DNA from: Zancudomyces culisetae HAW-14-8
Taxonomy: Eukaryota > Fungi > Kickxellomycota
NCBI GenBank assembly: GCA_052426225.1
Contig: JBNJNM010000024.1
Span: forward strand, 1-64,000
Direction: 5' to 3'
Length of the DNA stretch: 64,000 bases
Part shown: one piece after another, positions 51,395 to 61,666 of the stretch
Layout of the letters: each line of letters starts with the position of its first letter
Numbering within the stretch: the first letter of the stretch is position 1
Notes under the pieces: model-generated
What the model was told of the DNA's origin: nothing
Seen by the model: the letters and a program-made list of their open reading frames with translations, nothing else
Database searches by the model: none
Made by a program: the position numbers and the translations under genes

Positions 51395-53209
51395 ATGGAT
51401 GATAAAATACAAAAAATCGAGAATATATTAAATGTATTCGAATCTATACAATGTAATGTATTACATACTAATATAGAATTGGAAGCTAGAATGTGTATAC
51501 CCCCACCTACAAACTTTATAGATTATGAGACTATAACAATTCAATATTATAAATCTCAAGATTTACCAACATTAACTATACGAAAGGAATATGGAAAGGA
51601 TTATATAGAAACAAAAGAACTAGTCGATAGAGTTATTATAGAAAATATTAATATAGTATGTTCTGTAGAGAAAAGATATAGAAATTTTGATTATATATTA
51701 AATAAACACATATTAAGAAAAATCGACAGGCTCAAAATACAAGATAATCCATTAGTAGTTATAAATAGAGAAAATAATATATATATGTTGGAAGTTGAAT
51801 TTGAGAGAGATACACTATCCGAGACAATAGATATATTGAATAGTTATTCTGTACCATTTTGGCCGTGTGTAAAACCACAAGATGCTTACGCATCAGAAAT
51901 ATTATCTAATATAGATAATAATATATTATATATATCGCCTAAATATGATGGCGAACATGCTGTTATGTATCTCGATACTGAAACAAGGGTAATATGTATA
52001 ATTAAAGATAATGGAGAGATAAACATGAGCAATTCATTGGATAATTTTGATACTGTTTATGAAGTTGAATTGGTAAATACCGACATATTTATATTGGATA
52101 TAATGATGTATAAAAATGTCAAGTTAACAGATAATAATTATTTAGATAGATTAAAATATGCAAAATATATACAAGATATAACTCATAATTATATAGTATA
52201 TAATGAAGAAACTCGGAAATATATATCCGCTGATATAATAAAGAATGAACGTATACCTGAAAATATATGTTCGATAAAACTAAAAAATATATATAAAATA
52301 ACAGATTATGATAGTTTGCGAAATGCTAAAGATAATATATATAATATTTCAGCAAAAATAGACGGTGTTATATTGACCAATGAAAAGGGTTATTATAATA
52401 CAGTGTATAAATCTAAACCAAATCCTACAGTTGATTTACAATATATTAATGGATATTTATATTTAGCTAGAGAAACCAATTCGCAAAGAATATCTCATAT
52501 CGAGCTGGAAGAAGGATGTATATATGAGTTTGATATAAATTTAAATCCAATTAGAAAAAGAGAAGATAAACTTATTCCAAATTATTATATGCCGGTTAAA
52601 GATGATGTTATTGATAATATATGCACAGGACATGGTATTCCATGTCTAAGATATCACCATAACAAAATAAAGCTTATTATGCTAAAAAAATTTAATGGAA
52701 TATTATTAGATATAGGTTCTGGATTGGGTGGTGATATATCTAAGTGGGATCATTTCACTAAAGTGTATGCTATAGATCCCGAGACCAGGCTTAGAAATGT
52801 ATCGGCAAATATAACATTTCTAAGATGTAAAGTTCAAGATATAAAAAATATATATTTTGATATAGTAAGCATATTTTTCGTACCATGGTGTAACGATTTC
52901 ATCAAATTCATGCTCCGATCTAAACATGCTCTACTTATTATTATGGATAAACCTTCCGATCTAGATAGTGATAATATAAAAATTACCAAATTGGAAAACA
53001 ACATGGTAAATATAAATATACCCAATACTAGTACAGCTTCGAATATAACGGAGGAAATACCAGATATAAAAAATATAGATAATATTATGATTGGAAACGG
53101 ATATAAAAAACATGATTTGACTCATAAATATAACATATCATTTGCGACTAAAGAGGAAAAAGAACTCTCCAAAATGTACACATATATAATATACTCCAAA
53201 ATAATGTAA
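51395..53209 (+). CDS. Trifunctional mRNA capping enzyme (further copy)
   Basis: Identical to 25363-27177. Confidence 0.93.
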   Translation: MDDKIQKIENILNVFESIQCNVLHTNIELEARMCIPPPTNFIDYETITIQYYKSQDLPTLTIRKEYGKDYIETKELVDRVIIENINIVCSVEKRYRNFDYILNKHILRKIDRLKIQDNPLVVINRENNIYMLEVEFERDTLSETIDILNSYSVPFWPCVKPQDAYASEILSNIDNNILYISPKYDGEHAVMYLDTETRVICIIKDNGEINMSNSLDNFDTVYEVELVNTDIFILDIMMYKNVKLTDNNYLDRLKYAKYIQDITHNYIVYNEETRKYISADIIKNERIPENICSIKLKNIYKITDYDSLRNAKDNIYNISAKIDGVILTNEKGYYNTVYKSKPNPTVDLQYINGYLYLARETNSQRISHIELEEGCIYEFDINLNPIRKREDKLIPNYYMPVKDDVIDNICTGHGIPCLRYHHNKIKLIMLKKFNGILLDIGSGLGGDISKWDHFTKVYAIDPETRLRNVSANITFLRCKVQDIKNIYFDIVSIFFVPWCNDFIKFMLRSKHALLIIMDKPSDLDSDNIKITKLENNMVNINIPNTSTASNITEEIPDIKNIDNIMIGNGYKKHDLTHKYNISFATKEEKELSKMYTYIIYSKIM

Positions 53210-53247
53210 TAAATATTTTATGATGTTTTTATATTAAAAATAATATT

Positions 53248-53388
53248 TATTTTTCGAATAACAAAAAATATGTATACTAATATTATCGAAATATATATAT
53301 TGTATATAGGAATATAGCATATCATCAAATAACAATATATAAAAAAAGTTTTAAAACTATTTTTATTTAAATAACTAACTATTTAAAA
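53248..53388 (+). repeat. Recombinant IR at the inversion junction (IR-A outer flank, IR-B inner alleles)
   Basis: Preceded by the capping-gene flank as IR-A is, but carries the IR-B variants (CTATTTTTA with 5 T; TAACTAACT) and continues into the reverse complement of 11963 and below. Confidence 0.93.
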
Positions 53389-53427
53389 CTCTCGCATATT
53401 ATCAATTAACGATATAAATAAAATAAA

Positions 53428-54351
53428 TCATTTTCTCATTTTCGATATTTTATTTTTAATATCATCGGGGATTATATCTTTATATCTATCCAATAATAGA
53501 TCTATTCTATTTAGACCGGGATCTATTTTGTAAGTTTGCATCGGTTTGCGTGTGTATGTAGGTGATGGTTTTGGTTTCGTGTATGATGTATTCACACCGT
53601 CAATATACGTATTTAATTTATCTTCATTTTTAGCTTCTGGTGTTATTTTTGGTGTTTTTTTCTTATTTAATATTTCTCTATAATTAACAGCTTTACTACT
53701 TACGCCATTCGCATATATCTTTGTTTTCGCGGGCTTATTATTTTTTCTGTTAGTCTTTTTATCATTTTTATCATTTTTATCATTTTTATCTCTTTTATCA
53801 TTTTTATTAGCTTCGCGATGGATACGAACCTTTGTTCTCGCGGATGAGGCTGTATTTATATATTTTTTACCATTTATATTTGTTACATTGAAATTCAATA
53901 TATCATTACTCCATGATAGACAATCATTATTTGACATCTGACACTGTGTGTTATTTAATCCGGAATTATTTATTTTGGAAGGGTATAACATATTTTCATT
54001 TTTTTGTATGAAGAATTCTTCCTCGAAATATAAACAATCACTTTCATAATCAGCATTCAATATACCATAATGGGTAAATGTAGTATTTAAGTTTTTTATA
54101 GCATATTTATTATCACCCATATTATCAAAAACTAGTAAAGGATCTGTAACCATATCATCATTTATAATTTTATATGTACTTCTGATTACATGTCTATCAT
54201 CCGCTGTAACCCCCTTGTATAAATTAACCCCGTTGATACTATAACATAGATAAGATAAATTATCCTCTATATCATTCATTAGTAGAAAGAAGACGGTATC
54301 ACCAGCATGTATACCGCATAAAAATAAAATATATAATAATATATCTCTCAT
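53428..54351 (-). CDS. Secreted hypothetical protein (inverted copy)
   Basis: Identical to 11001-11924. Confidence 0.65.
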   Translation of the reverse strand: MRDILLYILFLCGIHAGDTVFFLLMNDIEDNLSYLCYSINGVNLYKGVTADDRHVIRSTYKIINDDMVTDPLLVFDNMGDNKYAIKNLNTTFTHYGILNADYESDCLYFEEEFFIQKNENMLYPSKINNSGLNNTQCQMSNNDCLSWSNDILNFNVTNINGKKYINTASSARTKVRIHREANKNDKRDKNDKNDKNDKKTNRKNNKPAKTKIYANGVSSKAVNYREILNKKKTPKITPEAKNEDKLNTYIDGVNTSYTKPKPSPTYTRKPMQTYKIDPGLNRIDLLLDRYKDIIPDDIKNKISKMRK

Positions 54352-54498
54352 TTCAATTATATTCTATTTTATATTGGTATATTCTATTTTTATATTGGTA
54401 TATAATATTTATATTTATTAGACAATGTTCAAATATGATTCTTTATTAATCTAATTAAAATATATATCATAAATATATCATAAATATATTATATAAGT

Positions 54499-57400
54499 AT
54501 GCTAGCGTTATTTATTATTGGTATTTTATTTATACCAAACATTAACAGTTATTGCAGCAAATGTCAAGATTGGGCATTAGGCGTATCTATCGTATCATAC
54601 AGTGGTACATATAAAGCTGTTGATCAATACAACTCATTATCAACTTCTGGTTGGGATAGTATGAGCTTTGGTAACTATAAACTAAACATTAGACGTGATG
54701 GATATTTTATTTTGTCCGACAAAGATTCTGGTGTATGGTGGAGTGGTACTTCGGGTTCGGCTAGTAAGTATGATGTTGTGATGCAGCCTGATGGTAATCT
54801 GGTATTATATGCAGATGGTAATAAAGCTACATGGGCTTCTAACACTGCCAACAGAGGAACGGGTCCGTATTGTGCTATGCTTCAACGTGATAGAAACTTT
54901 GTTATTTATGATAATAATTGTTCAGCTACGTGGGCTAGCAATACAGTAAAACCTGATCCAACTCCGGATAAAGATGGCAATTGTTATTTTATAACAGTGC
55001 AACCTGGTGATTGGTGTCAGAAAATTATAGATGACGCTGGCATTTCGTCAACTCAGTTATTCGATTATAATAAAAGTACATGGAAATGGGATGGGTGTGA
55101 TAAACTATACCCTGGTCAGAAATTATGTATATCTCCTGGTAAACCTCCTATTCCAACTCCAGATCCCAATGCAGAATGTGGTCCTTTAGCACCCGGAGAT
55201 AAGTATAATACCGATTGTCCTTTAAACGCTTGCTGTGGTGAATGGGGTTATTGTGGCATTACCGAAGACTTCTGTAAAAAGAAAAACAGTACAACTAACG
55301 CTCCAGGCACTACAGGTTGTTATAGTAATTGTGTTATCGAATACGTAATGTCCGAACCCCCTTCTAATTTTAGAAAAATTGCTTATTATGAAACATGGAA
55401 TCAAAACTGGCCATGCTTGAACAAACGTATTGACGAAATAGACTGGTCTCAATATACCCATCTTCATTATGCATTTGCCGATATTGTTGATTATAATGTC
55501 CAAATGGATTTCAGAGCTAGAGAGCAATTCGAAGCTTTTAAATCTCTTAGAGGTATTAAGAGAATATTAAGTATAGGTGGTTGGGGTATAAGTACAGATA
55601 GTGGTACATATAATAATCTTAGAAAAGCTGTAGCTAATTGGGAAGTATCTGCTGCAAATGTGGCCAAATTTATTATCGATAATAATCTGGATGGTGTAGA
55701 TATAGATTGGGAATATCCAGGAGCTACTGATATTCCAGGTGTTCCAATTGGTGATTCTTATGATCCAATATATTATACATTGTTTGTTTATGAATTATTT
55801 ATTAAACTTTATCCATTAGGTAAGACTGTATCTATAGCGGCACCAGCTAGTTATTGGTATCTTAAGAATTTTATAATAGATATAATGTCGGAATTTACAG
55901 ATTATATAGTATTTATGACTTATGATTTGCACGGACAATGGGATTATACCAATTTATGGACAGGTAATTATCTTAAGTCGCACGTAAATATGACTGAAAC
56001 TTTAGAAATGCTAGCTTTGATAACACATGCAGGCGTAAAATCCAATAAAGTTTTATTAGGTATTGCTAAGTATGGTAGAACTTTTGGCATGGAAGATCCC
56101 AACTGCTACGGTCCAGATTGTAGATTTGCCGGTATAGAATCAAAAGCAAAACCGGGTAAATGTACAAATACACCTGGTTATTTAGCTTTGGGGGAAATTA
56201 GAGATATTCTGAAAAGCGAAACTATAAGAAAACATTATGATGACGATCTATCTCAGATTCTGGTATATGGTACAGATCAATGGGTTTCTTATCTTACAGA
56301 TGAACAAATTAGCTTCAGAAATGATCTAGCCTCATTCGCCAATATGGGGGGTACTGTTACGTGGGCAGAGGATCTAGATGCCGGAAATAAAATATCATGC
56401 GACACATCAGATATATACGATTTCAATACACTACTGTCATCATCATGTACGCGTAACTATTTAAGAGATATTATGGTTGATTATATAAAAGGTGTAATAT
56501 CATACTGGAGAAGCAATGCATCTTTAACTTATGATAGTGATATAAAACAATTCAAAGATAAATTCAATATAGTATATTCTATAAGTTCAAAAGCCGATTA
56601 TGATGAATTATTTACAAAAATGGATAAGTTTATAACTAATATAGATGTTAAAAATGATAATAACTACGCCATATTATATTTTTATTATAAGAGATGTATC
56701 GTATTTGGTTCTTCCATTAATTATAATAATAAAAAGAGAGGATTAAATGAACCCTTTGTTGGAATGATAAATACTTCAGCTATTGGTGTTTTTGTTTATA
56801 CTGGAGTTCAAGTGTATACAAGTGGGTTACAAGCTGCTTTATTGGCGATATCAATACCAGGGCTAGCTTCTGGTGTAGTTGTCGGAGCAATTTCACTTGG
56901 TTTACTCGCTATCGCCACGATAATAGCAAATTATAATAAAGACACATTTCCCATCCCCGATGATCTAATGAAAATTATTAATAGTAATCAAGCGAATTTA
57001 GAACATACAATAGAATTAATAAATAATCCCACAAATTCAAAGTATCCTGTTGATTTTGTAATAAATGATGATTTAATAGGGTATGATATGGAAAAATATC
57101 AGGATCAGTATAGTATTCAACCGGTAAGTGATATGCCTATGATTTTACAACATAAAGCTTATTTTAACTGGTATAAAAAAGCTACGAGTCCGCAAAATTA
57201 TTGTGTTAGAAATCCCAATATAGATGATGATTATAATATATTTACGAAAACTATAACAGAAAATAATGATGGAGATGATGAGCCGATATACTATGTAAAC
57301 TTTCACGGTCGGAGCGTAGGTGTAGCATGCAATGCTTATATTTATTTCGTGTTTACAGAAATTAATAGACTTAGACTTATTAATGGGGATGATGATGCAA

Positions 57401-57948
57401 TAGATGTCCCGCAAGAACTACTACCCGTTGCATATAATACATTTACACGTCGACCAGACGGTCGAAAGAATGACGACCCTTATCTAGATCAGCATTCGTG
57501 CGTTAATCTACCCGGTCGAATAATTAATCGAAGTGATAACAAAACAATGGTAATACCAGATTATCAAAGAGATGAATTTCCATTTGGAAGTATGAGTGAA
57601 GGAATGAATAACATAACAAATCCGGACGAATATTATATTTCTGTTAGATGCGTTTATAAAAGTGAAAATACATATGACGGTATACAATTTCGCCATTTTT
57701 TAAATGCGACTGGAATTTGGAAAAAAAACGACATATTAAATCCTTTATCATCTCCTCGCGTTGGACCTATACCTCCCGGGGGGGCTTTTCGAGTATATTT
57801 ATTAAATTTCAACCCAACTCTATGTCAGCAATCAGCTATTATTCCTGTGAGAACAGGATTACGACAAGGAGTAAGAAATTATTTCAATGAGTTTTTTCCT
57901 GTTAGTAACGAGCCTGTAATTATACAGCAAAGAAAAAAAGGAATATGA
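54499..57948 (+). CDS. GH18 chitinase / nuclease killer toxin precursor (inverted copy)
   Basis: Identical to 7404-10853. Confidence 0.9.
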   Translation: MLALFIIGILFIPNINSYCSKCQDWALGVSIVSYSGTYKAVDQYNSLSTSGWDSMSFGNYKLNIRRDGYFILSDKDSGVWWSGTSGSASKYDVVMQPDGNLVLYADGNKATWASNTANRGTGPYCAMLQRDRNFVIYDNNCSATWASNTVKPDPTPDKDGNCYFITVQPGDWCQKIIDDAGISSTQLFDYNKSTWKWDGCDKLYPGQKLCISPGKPPIPTPDPNAECGPLAPGDKYNTDCPLNACCGEWGYCGITEDFCKKKNSTTNAPGTTGCYSNCVIEYVMSEPPSNFRKIAYYETWNQNWPCLNKRIDEIDWSQYTHLHYAFADIVDYNVQMDFRAREQFEAFKSLRGIKRILSIGGWGISTDSGTYNNLRKAVANWEVSAANVAKFIIDNNLDGVDIDWEYPGATDIPGVPIGDSYDPIYYTLFVYELFIKLYPLGKTVSIAAPASYWYLKNFIIDIMSEFTDYIVFMTYDLHGQWDYTNLWTGNYLKSHVNMTETLEMLALITHAGVKSNKVLLGIAKYGRTFGMEDPNCYGPDCRFAGIESKAKPGKCTNTPGYLALGEIRDILKSETIRKHYDDDLSQILVYGTDQWVSYLTDEQISFRNDLASFANMGGTVTWAEDLDAGNKISCDTSDIYDFNTLLSSSCTRNYLRDIMVDYIKGVISYWRSNASLTYDSDIKQFKDKFNIVYSISSKADYDELFTKMDKFITNIDVKNDNNYAILYFYYKRCIVFGSSINYNNKKRGLNEPFVGMINTSAIGVFVYTGVQVYTSGLQAALLAISIPGLASGVVVGAISLGLLAIATIIANYNKDTFPIPDDLMKIINSNQANLEHTIELINNPTNSKYPVDFVINDDLIGYDMEKYQDQYSIQPVSDMPMILQHKAYFNWYKKATSPQNYCVRNPNIDDDYNIFTKTITENNDGDDEPIYYVNFHGRSVGVACNAYIYFVFTEINRLRLINGDDDAIDVPQELLPVAYNTFTRRPDGRKNDDPYLDQHSCVNLPGRIINRSDNKTMVIPDYQRDEFPFGSMSEGMNNITNPDEYYISVRCVYKSENTYDGIQFRHFLNATGIWKKNDILNPLSSPRVGPIPPGGAFRVYLLNFNPTLCQQSAIIPVRTGLRQGVRNYFNEFFPVSNEPVIIQQRKKGI

Positions 57949-58412
57949 AATATTTATTTTTTAAAATGTCTAGTATAGAAATTAATAATCTGAAAGAATT
58001 ATTTTTCAATTCATCTGATAAATATAAAAATAACAGTATAGCTATTTTATGCTGTCATTATTCGGGTTTAAATTTGTCAAATGGTTATATAAGAAGAACA
58101 ATAACATCAACTAAGCGTGCCGTGAAATATCATAAATCAGATATTATACAATATGTAGAAGATATAAATATACATAAAAATATAATAGCTATATTATGTA
58201 CGCCTTTAATATCTAATAGTGATGAAGATGATAAATTAATGATGCACTTTCTTAAAATACTTAATTGCTCTAAAGCTATGATTATATATCCAAGTTCTGT
58301 AAGAATTTTTTCTATGAATAATGAAGGTACGAATATATATCAATTTTTCAGTTTTGATGCATCAACACAATTAACCGATCTGATATCATATTTAAGGGAT
58401 TTGAGACATTGA
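57945..58412 (+). CDS. Candidate immunity protein (inverted copy)
   Basis: Identical to 6940-7407. Confidence 0.5.
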   Translation: MKYLFFKMSSIEINNLKELFFNSSDKYKNNSIAILCCHYSGLNLSNGYIRRTITSTKRAVKYHKSDIIQYVEDINIHKNIIAILCTPLISNSDEDDKLMMHFLKILNCSKAMIIYPSSVRIFSMNNEGTNIYQFFSFDASTQLTDLISYLRDLRH

Positions 58413-58473
58413 AGCATCACCTATTATTATATGAATATATAACTCATTTTAAAATATTTAAATTAATATTAAA

Positions 58474-59394
58474 ATGAATATAGACGAATACAACCCTTTA
58501 AGCAGTATTGTTTGTAATTATGCAAATTTTAAATTCATAATACCTGGTGAGTTTAAATCTGTATCTATCGATGACAATATTTTCTGTATAAAAAATGAAC
58601 ATCACTCTTTGGGAGAAGAATTTAGCATATTATTAAATGAAAATGGAGATAAAATGTATATTGCGCATAATAATAAATATTTATGCATGATGAACGATAA
58701 AATGGGTGCGTGTGATCATTTAAATGATAATATAATTATTCTGGATAAAGTATTTAATGACTACAGATTTTGTGATGTATATAGAATAAAGTGTGGAGAT
58801 CTATATTTAAATAAAAGTATGACTTTTGAATATTCCGATAAAAATGCAATTATATTACAACTGGACTCGTCTAATATGATAAATACTGATAATTTGTCCA
58901 ATTTTGCATCTGACACGCAAGATGTAATAACAATGAATGGTATCAGTATTCGAAATAAAGGTGCATTTTTTATGCGTTTAGCTCATGAGGGTGAAACTGC
59001 TTATATTACTATAAACATAGATGACGACATTCCGAATGAAAATGATATAGGAAAAGTGTATATATTTGATGATAAATTTTATAACTCACCATTTGGAATA
59101 TTTTTTGAATTCTATAAAGATGATATTGATGATAAAGAAAAGACTTATCTAAAAGTTATGGATCTTATCAGTAGAGAGGAATATTATATAAATTCATATT
59201 TTAAACTATCTATAAATCGTATAGATGACGGTATTGAGTTTGTAGAATCTAAATATAAAAGCGCATATTATATAAAAAATATAAAATACAACACATATTA
59301 TGCTATAGAAGACATTAATTTCGGGCATCCATATGAAATAAAAAATATTGATGATATAAAAGATGCGTTATTATTTCAGTTTATTCATTTTTAA
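58474..59394 (+). CDS. Hypothetical, possible beta-trefoil protein (inverted copy)
   Basis: Identical to 5958-6878. Confidence 0.5.
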   Translation: MNIDEYNPLSSIVCNYANFKFIIPGEFKSVSIDDNIFCIKNEHHSLGEEFSILLNENGDKMYIAHNNKYLCMMNDKMGACDHLNDNIIILDKVFNDYRFCDVYRIKCGDLYLNKSMTFEYSDKNAIILQLDSSNMINTDNLSNFASDTQDVITMNGISIRNKGAFFMRLAHEGETAYITINIDDDIPNENDIGKVYIFDDKFYNSPFGIFFEFYKDDIDDKEKTYLKVMDLISREEYYINSYFKLSINRIDDGIEFVESKYKSAYYIKNIKYNTYYAIEDINFGHPYEIKNIDDIKDALLFQFIHF

Positions 59395-59420
59395 TATTTT
59401 AAAGTTTTAAAATTTTTAAT

Positions 59421-59834
59421 TTATTGAACTTCATTATTAAACCAATTTATGCATGCTCCAAAAGCATTATCGCAGAATGTCTGGCAGTATACCGACGAGT
59501 AAAGATCATAACAATCAAAATTAAGTTTATAGCCATTACCTTTACACGTGTAGAATGGCGTGGTATTTATTTTATATGTGCCATTGGAAAAATCAATGTT
59601 TAAATCACCTATTCCCAGTTCGACATGATAATTTCCTTCATAGAATCCCATAGTTTTAACTCCTAAAGCAAAACTGTCGTATTGTTTCATTTTCACATCA
59701 TTGTATAAATAGACACATGCCGAACCTACATTGTGAAATGGTTTGGATTTATATCCTGATAGTATAAATAAGCATGAATCAACCTTTAAAACAAATAAAA
59801 TATTAAAAATAAATAAACTGAAATAATAACGCAT
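59421..59834 (-). CDS. Small secreted Cys-rich protein (inverted copy)
   Basis: Identical to 5518-5931. Confidence 0.6.
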   Translation of the reverse strand: MRYYFSLFIFNILFVLKVDSCLFILSGYKSKPFHNVGSACVYLYNDVKMKQYDSFALGVKTMGFYEGNYHVELGIGDLNIDFSNGTYKINTTPFYTCKGNGYKLNFDCYDLYSSVYCQTFCDNAFGACINWFNNEVQ

Positions 59835-59997
59835 CTTTTATATTTTTAGTATTGGATATAAATATAGGGAAACTATAATTTTCATCATTTATATTATAAT
59901 ATGTGTTATGAATCACATTTTTTATAAAATACATACCTTTATATTTAGATTCTACAAATTCAATACCATCATCTATACGATTTATAGATAGTTTCAT
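59803..59997 (-). pseudogene. Partial duplicate fragment (inverted copy)
   Basis: Identical to 5355-5549. Confidence 0.75.
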
Positions 59998-60138
59998 TTC
60001 TTGATCGGGATAATAACTTTCATTATTTTCATAATTAAATATTGTAAGTTATATGTATTATTTTTATTTTTTCAATTTTGCTATATTAGAATATATTTTA
60101 AATATAAAACTACTTAATATAGTAAAACGTTGAAAATA

Positions 60139-61335
60139 TTAAATACTTTCCGACGATTCGATTAATTCTGACGATGTAGCCAATGGAAGTATACCAGTAT
60201 TCCCATCTTTAATATAGCTATAAAATGTTACAACCCTCCCAAATAATTCCATAATTTTATATAGAAAATGTCTACATTCGACATTAGCTATTATTTCATC
60301 AGTATCATCGAAAACGACTAATTCATTCAAGACGCATATATTTTCCAAATTATACAACTCATTTTTTAATTCAATTTCTCGTTCTATTTCATAATTAGTT
60401 TTATTAACATTTTTTTTATACAATTCTAATTCTTTATAACATTTATGATTTACTAATATTTTTTTTATATTTTCAGGTGTAAATTTTATATAATAAAATC
60501 TGGGTATTAACCCCATAAATAAAATACCAAAAATCATATCATCCTTAAAATCTTCCGAAGTAAAACCATCTTTACCTATACGTTTGAAATATAACAATAA
60601 CATTTCTCCAAATAATTGAGCTCTAGCTTTCCCTATAAGTGTAGACGAATTAGTAACATTAGTTGACTTTTTATTTTCTATAGCAATGTTAGCATAATTC
60701 TTTCTATCAGTTATTCCTATATCAATTTCAGATGAAAATTCTAAAAGATGATTATTTATATTTATGGTAAATTTGCCAATAGCGAATGAATTGTCTGGGG
60801 CAAATCTAAATATACTAAGCAGTTTGGCCACATAAGAATCAACAATATTCTCGCTAACGTATGCATCACGCATAAAAATATATAAATCCAAAACAAATTC
60901 AAGTATTTTGAATTCTTTAAGCATAGTGTTCATTTCATCCCTAGTTCTAAAATCATCTTTATACAAAATATCGGTATATGTTTTTAACGCATCTATATAT
61001 TCTGGCTTCATGATATTTTTTGCTTTAACAATTTCAATATAATCATTCAAACTACACTTGATTATATTATCCAATTCTTTTATACCGATAGTATTTATGA
61101 ATTTTTCGAAAAGAGAATATCTATAATGAATGCTATCTATACTTCTATTAAATTCTATAGATGCAAATCTAACATTTAATCCAGATTTTATGTATTTATC
61201 CGACCAATGACTTGCAGAATCGAATATATAAGTATCATTATCATCAAAAAATTGACTCTGATGTTTTCTTTTACTGGCTGATGAAGGTGATATTGAAGCT
61301 TGGTTGTTATTATCGGGCGAAATTGATTCATCCAT
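60139..61335 (-). CDS. Putative PD-(D/E)xK nuclease-like protein (inverted copy)
   Basis: Identical to 4017-5213. Confidence 0.55.
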   Translation of the reverse strand: MDESISPDNNNQASISPSSASKRKHQSQFFDDNDTYIFDSASHWSDKYIKSGLNVRFASIEFNRSIDSIHYRYSLFEKFINTIGIKELDNIIKCSLNDYIEIVKAKNIMKPEYIDALKTYTDILYKDDFRTRDEMNTMLKEFKILEFVLDLYIFMRDAYVSENIVDSYVAKLLSIFRFAPDNSFAIGKFTININNHLLEFSSEIDIGITDRKNYANIAIENKKSTNVTNSSTLIGKARAQLFGEMLLLYFKRIGKDGFTSEDFKDDMIFGILFMGLIPRFYYIKFTPENIKKILVNHKCYKELELYKKNVNKTNYEIEREIELKNELYNLENICVLNELVVFDDTDEIIANVECRHFLYKIMELFGRVVTFYSYIKDGNTGILPLATSSELIESSESI

Positions 61336-61666
61336 TATTTATATGTTATATTTTTTGATATATACTCGATATATGTTTAGTTCCATTAATAATTACAAAT
61401 CAAATAGTATATTATTAATAGCATGTATATTATACTGTTAATCAATATATATTTATAAAAATACGTGATAATAGTATCAATCAAAACATATTTTTAATCC
61501 TAATAAAAAGATAATATTTTTTTATCCTTTATAGTATTCAATGGATATTATTTGTTATAACGAAAAAAATGATTTCGGATTAAAATTATTCAAGTTGAAT
61601 AAAAAATAACAAATTGATAATATATATTTAAAATAGTAATATTCGACTTTTAAAAATATTGGATTA

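Larger units (their letters stand above)
26033..52064. repeat. Second head-to-tail copy of the 26,032-bp unit
   Basis: Identical ORF translations at offset +26,032; intergenic regions checked by eye also match. Confidence 0.97.
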
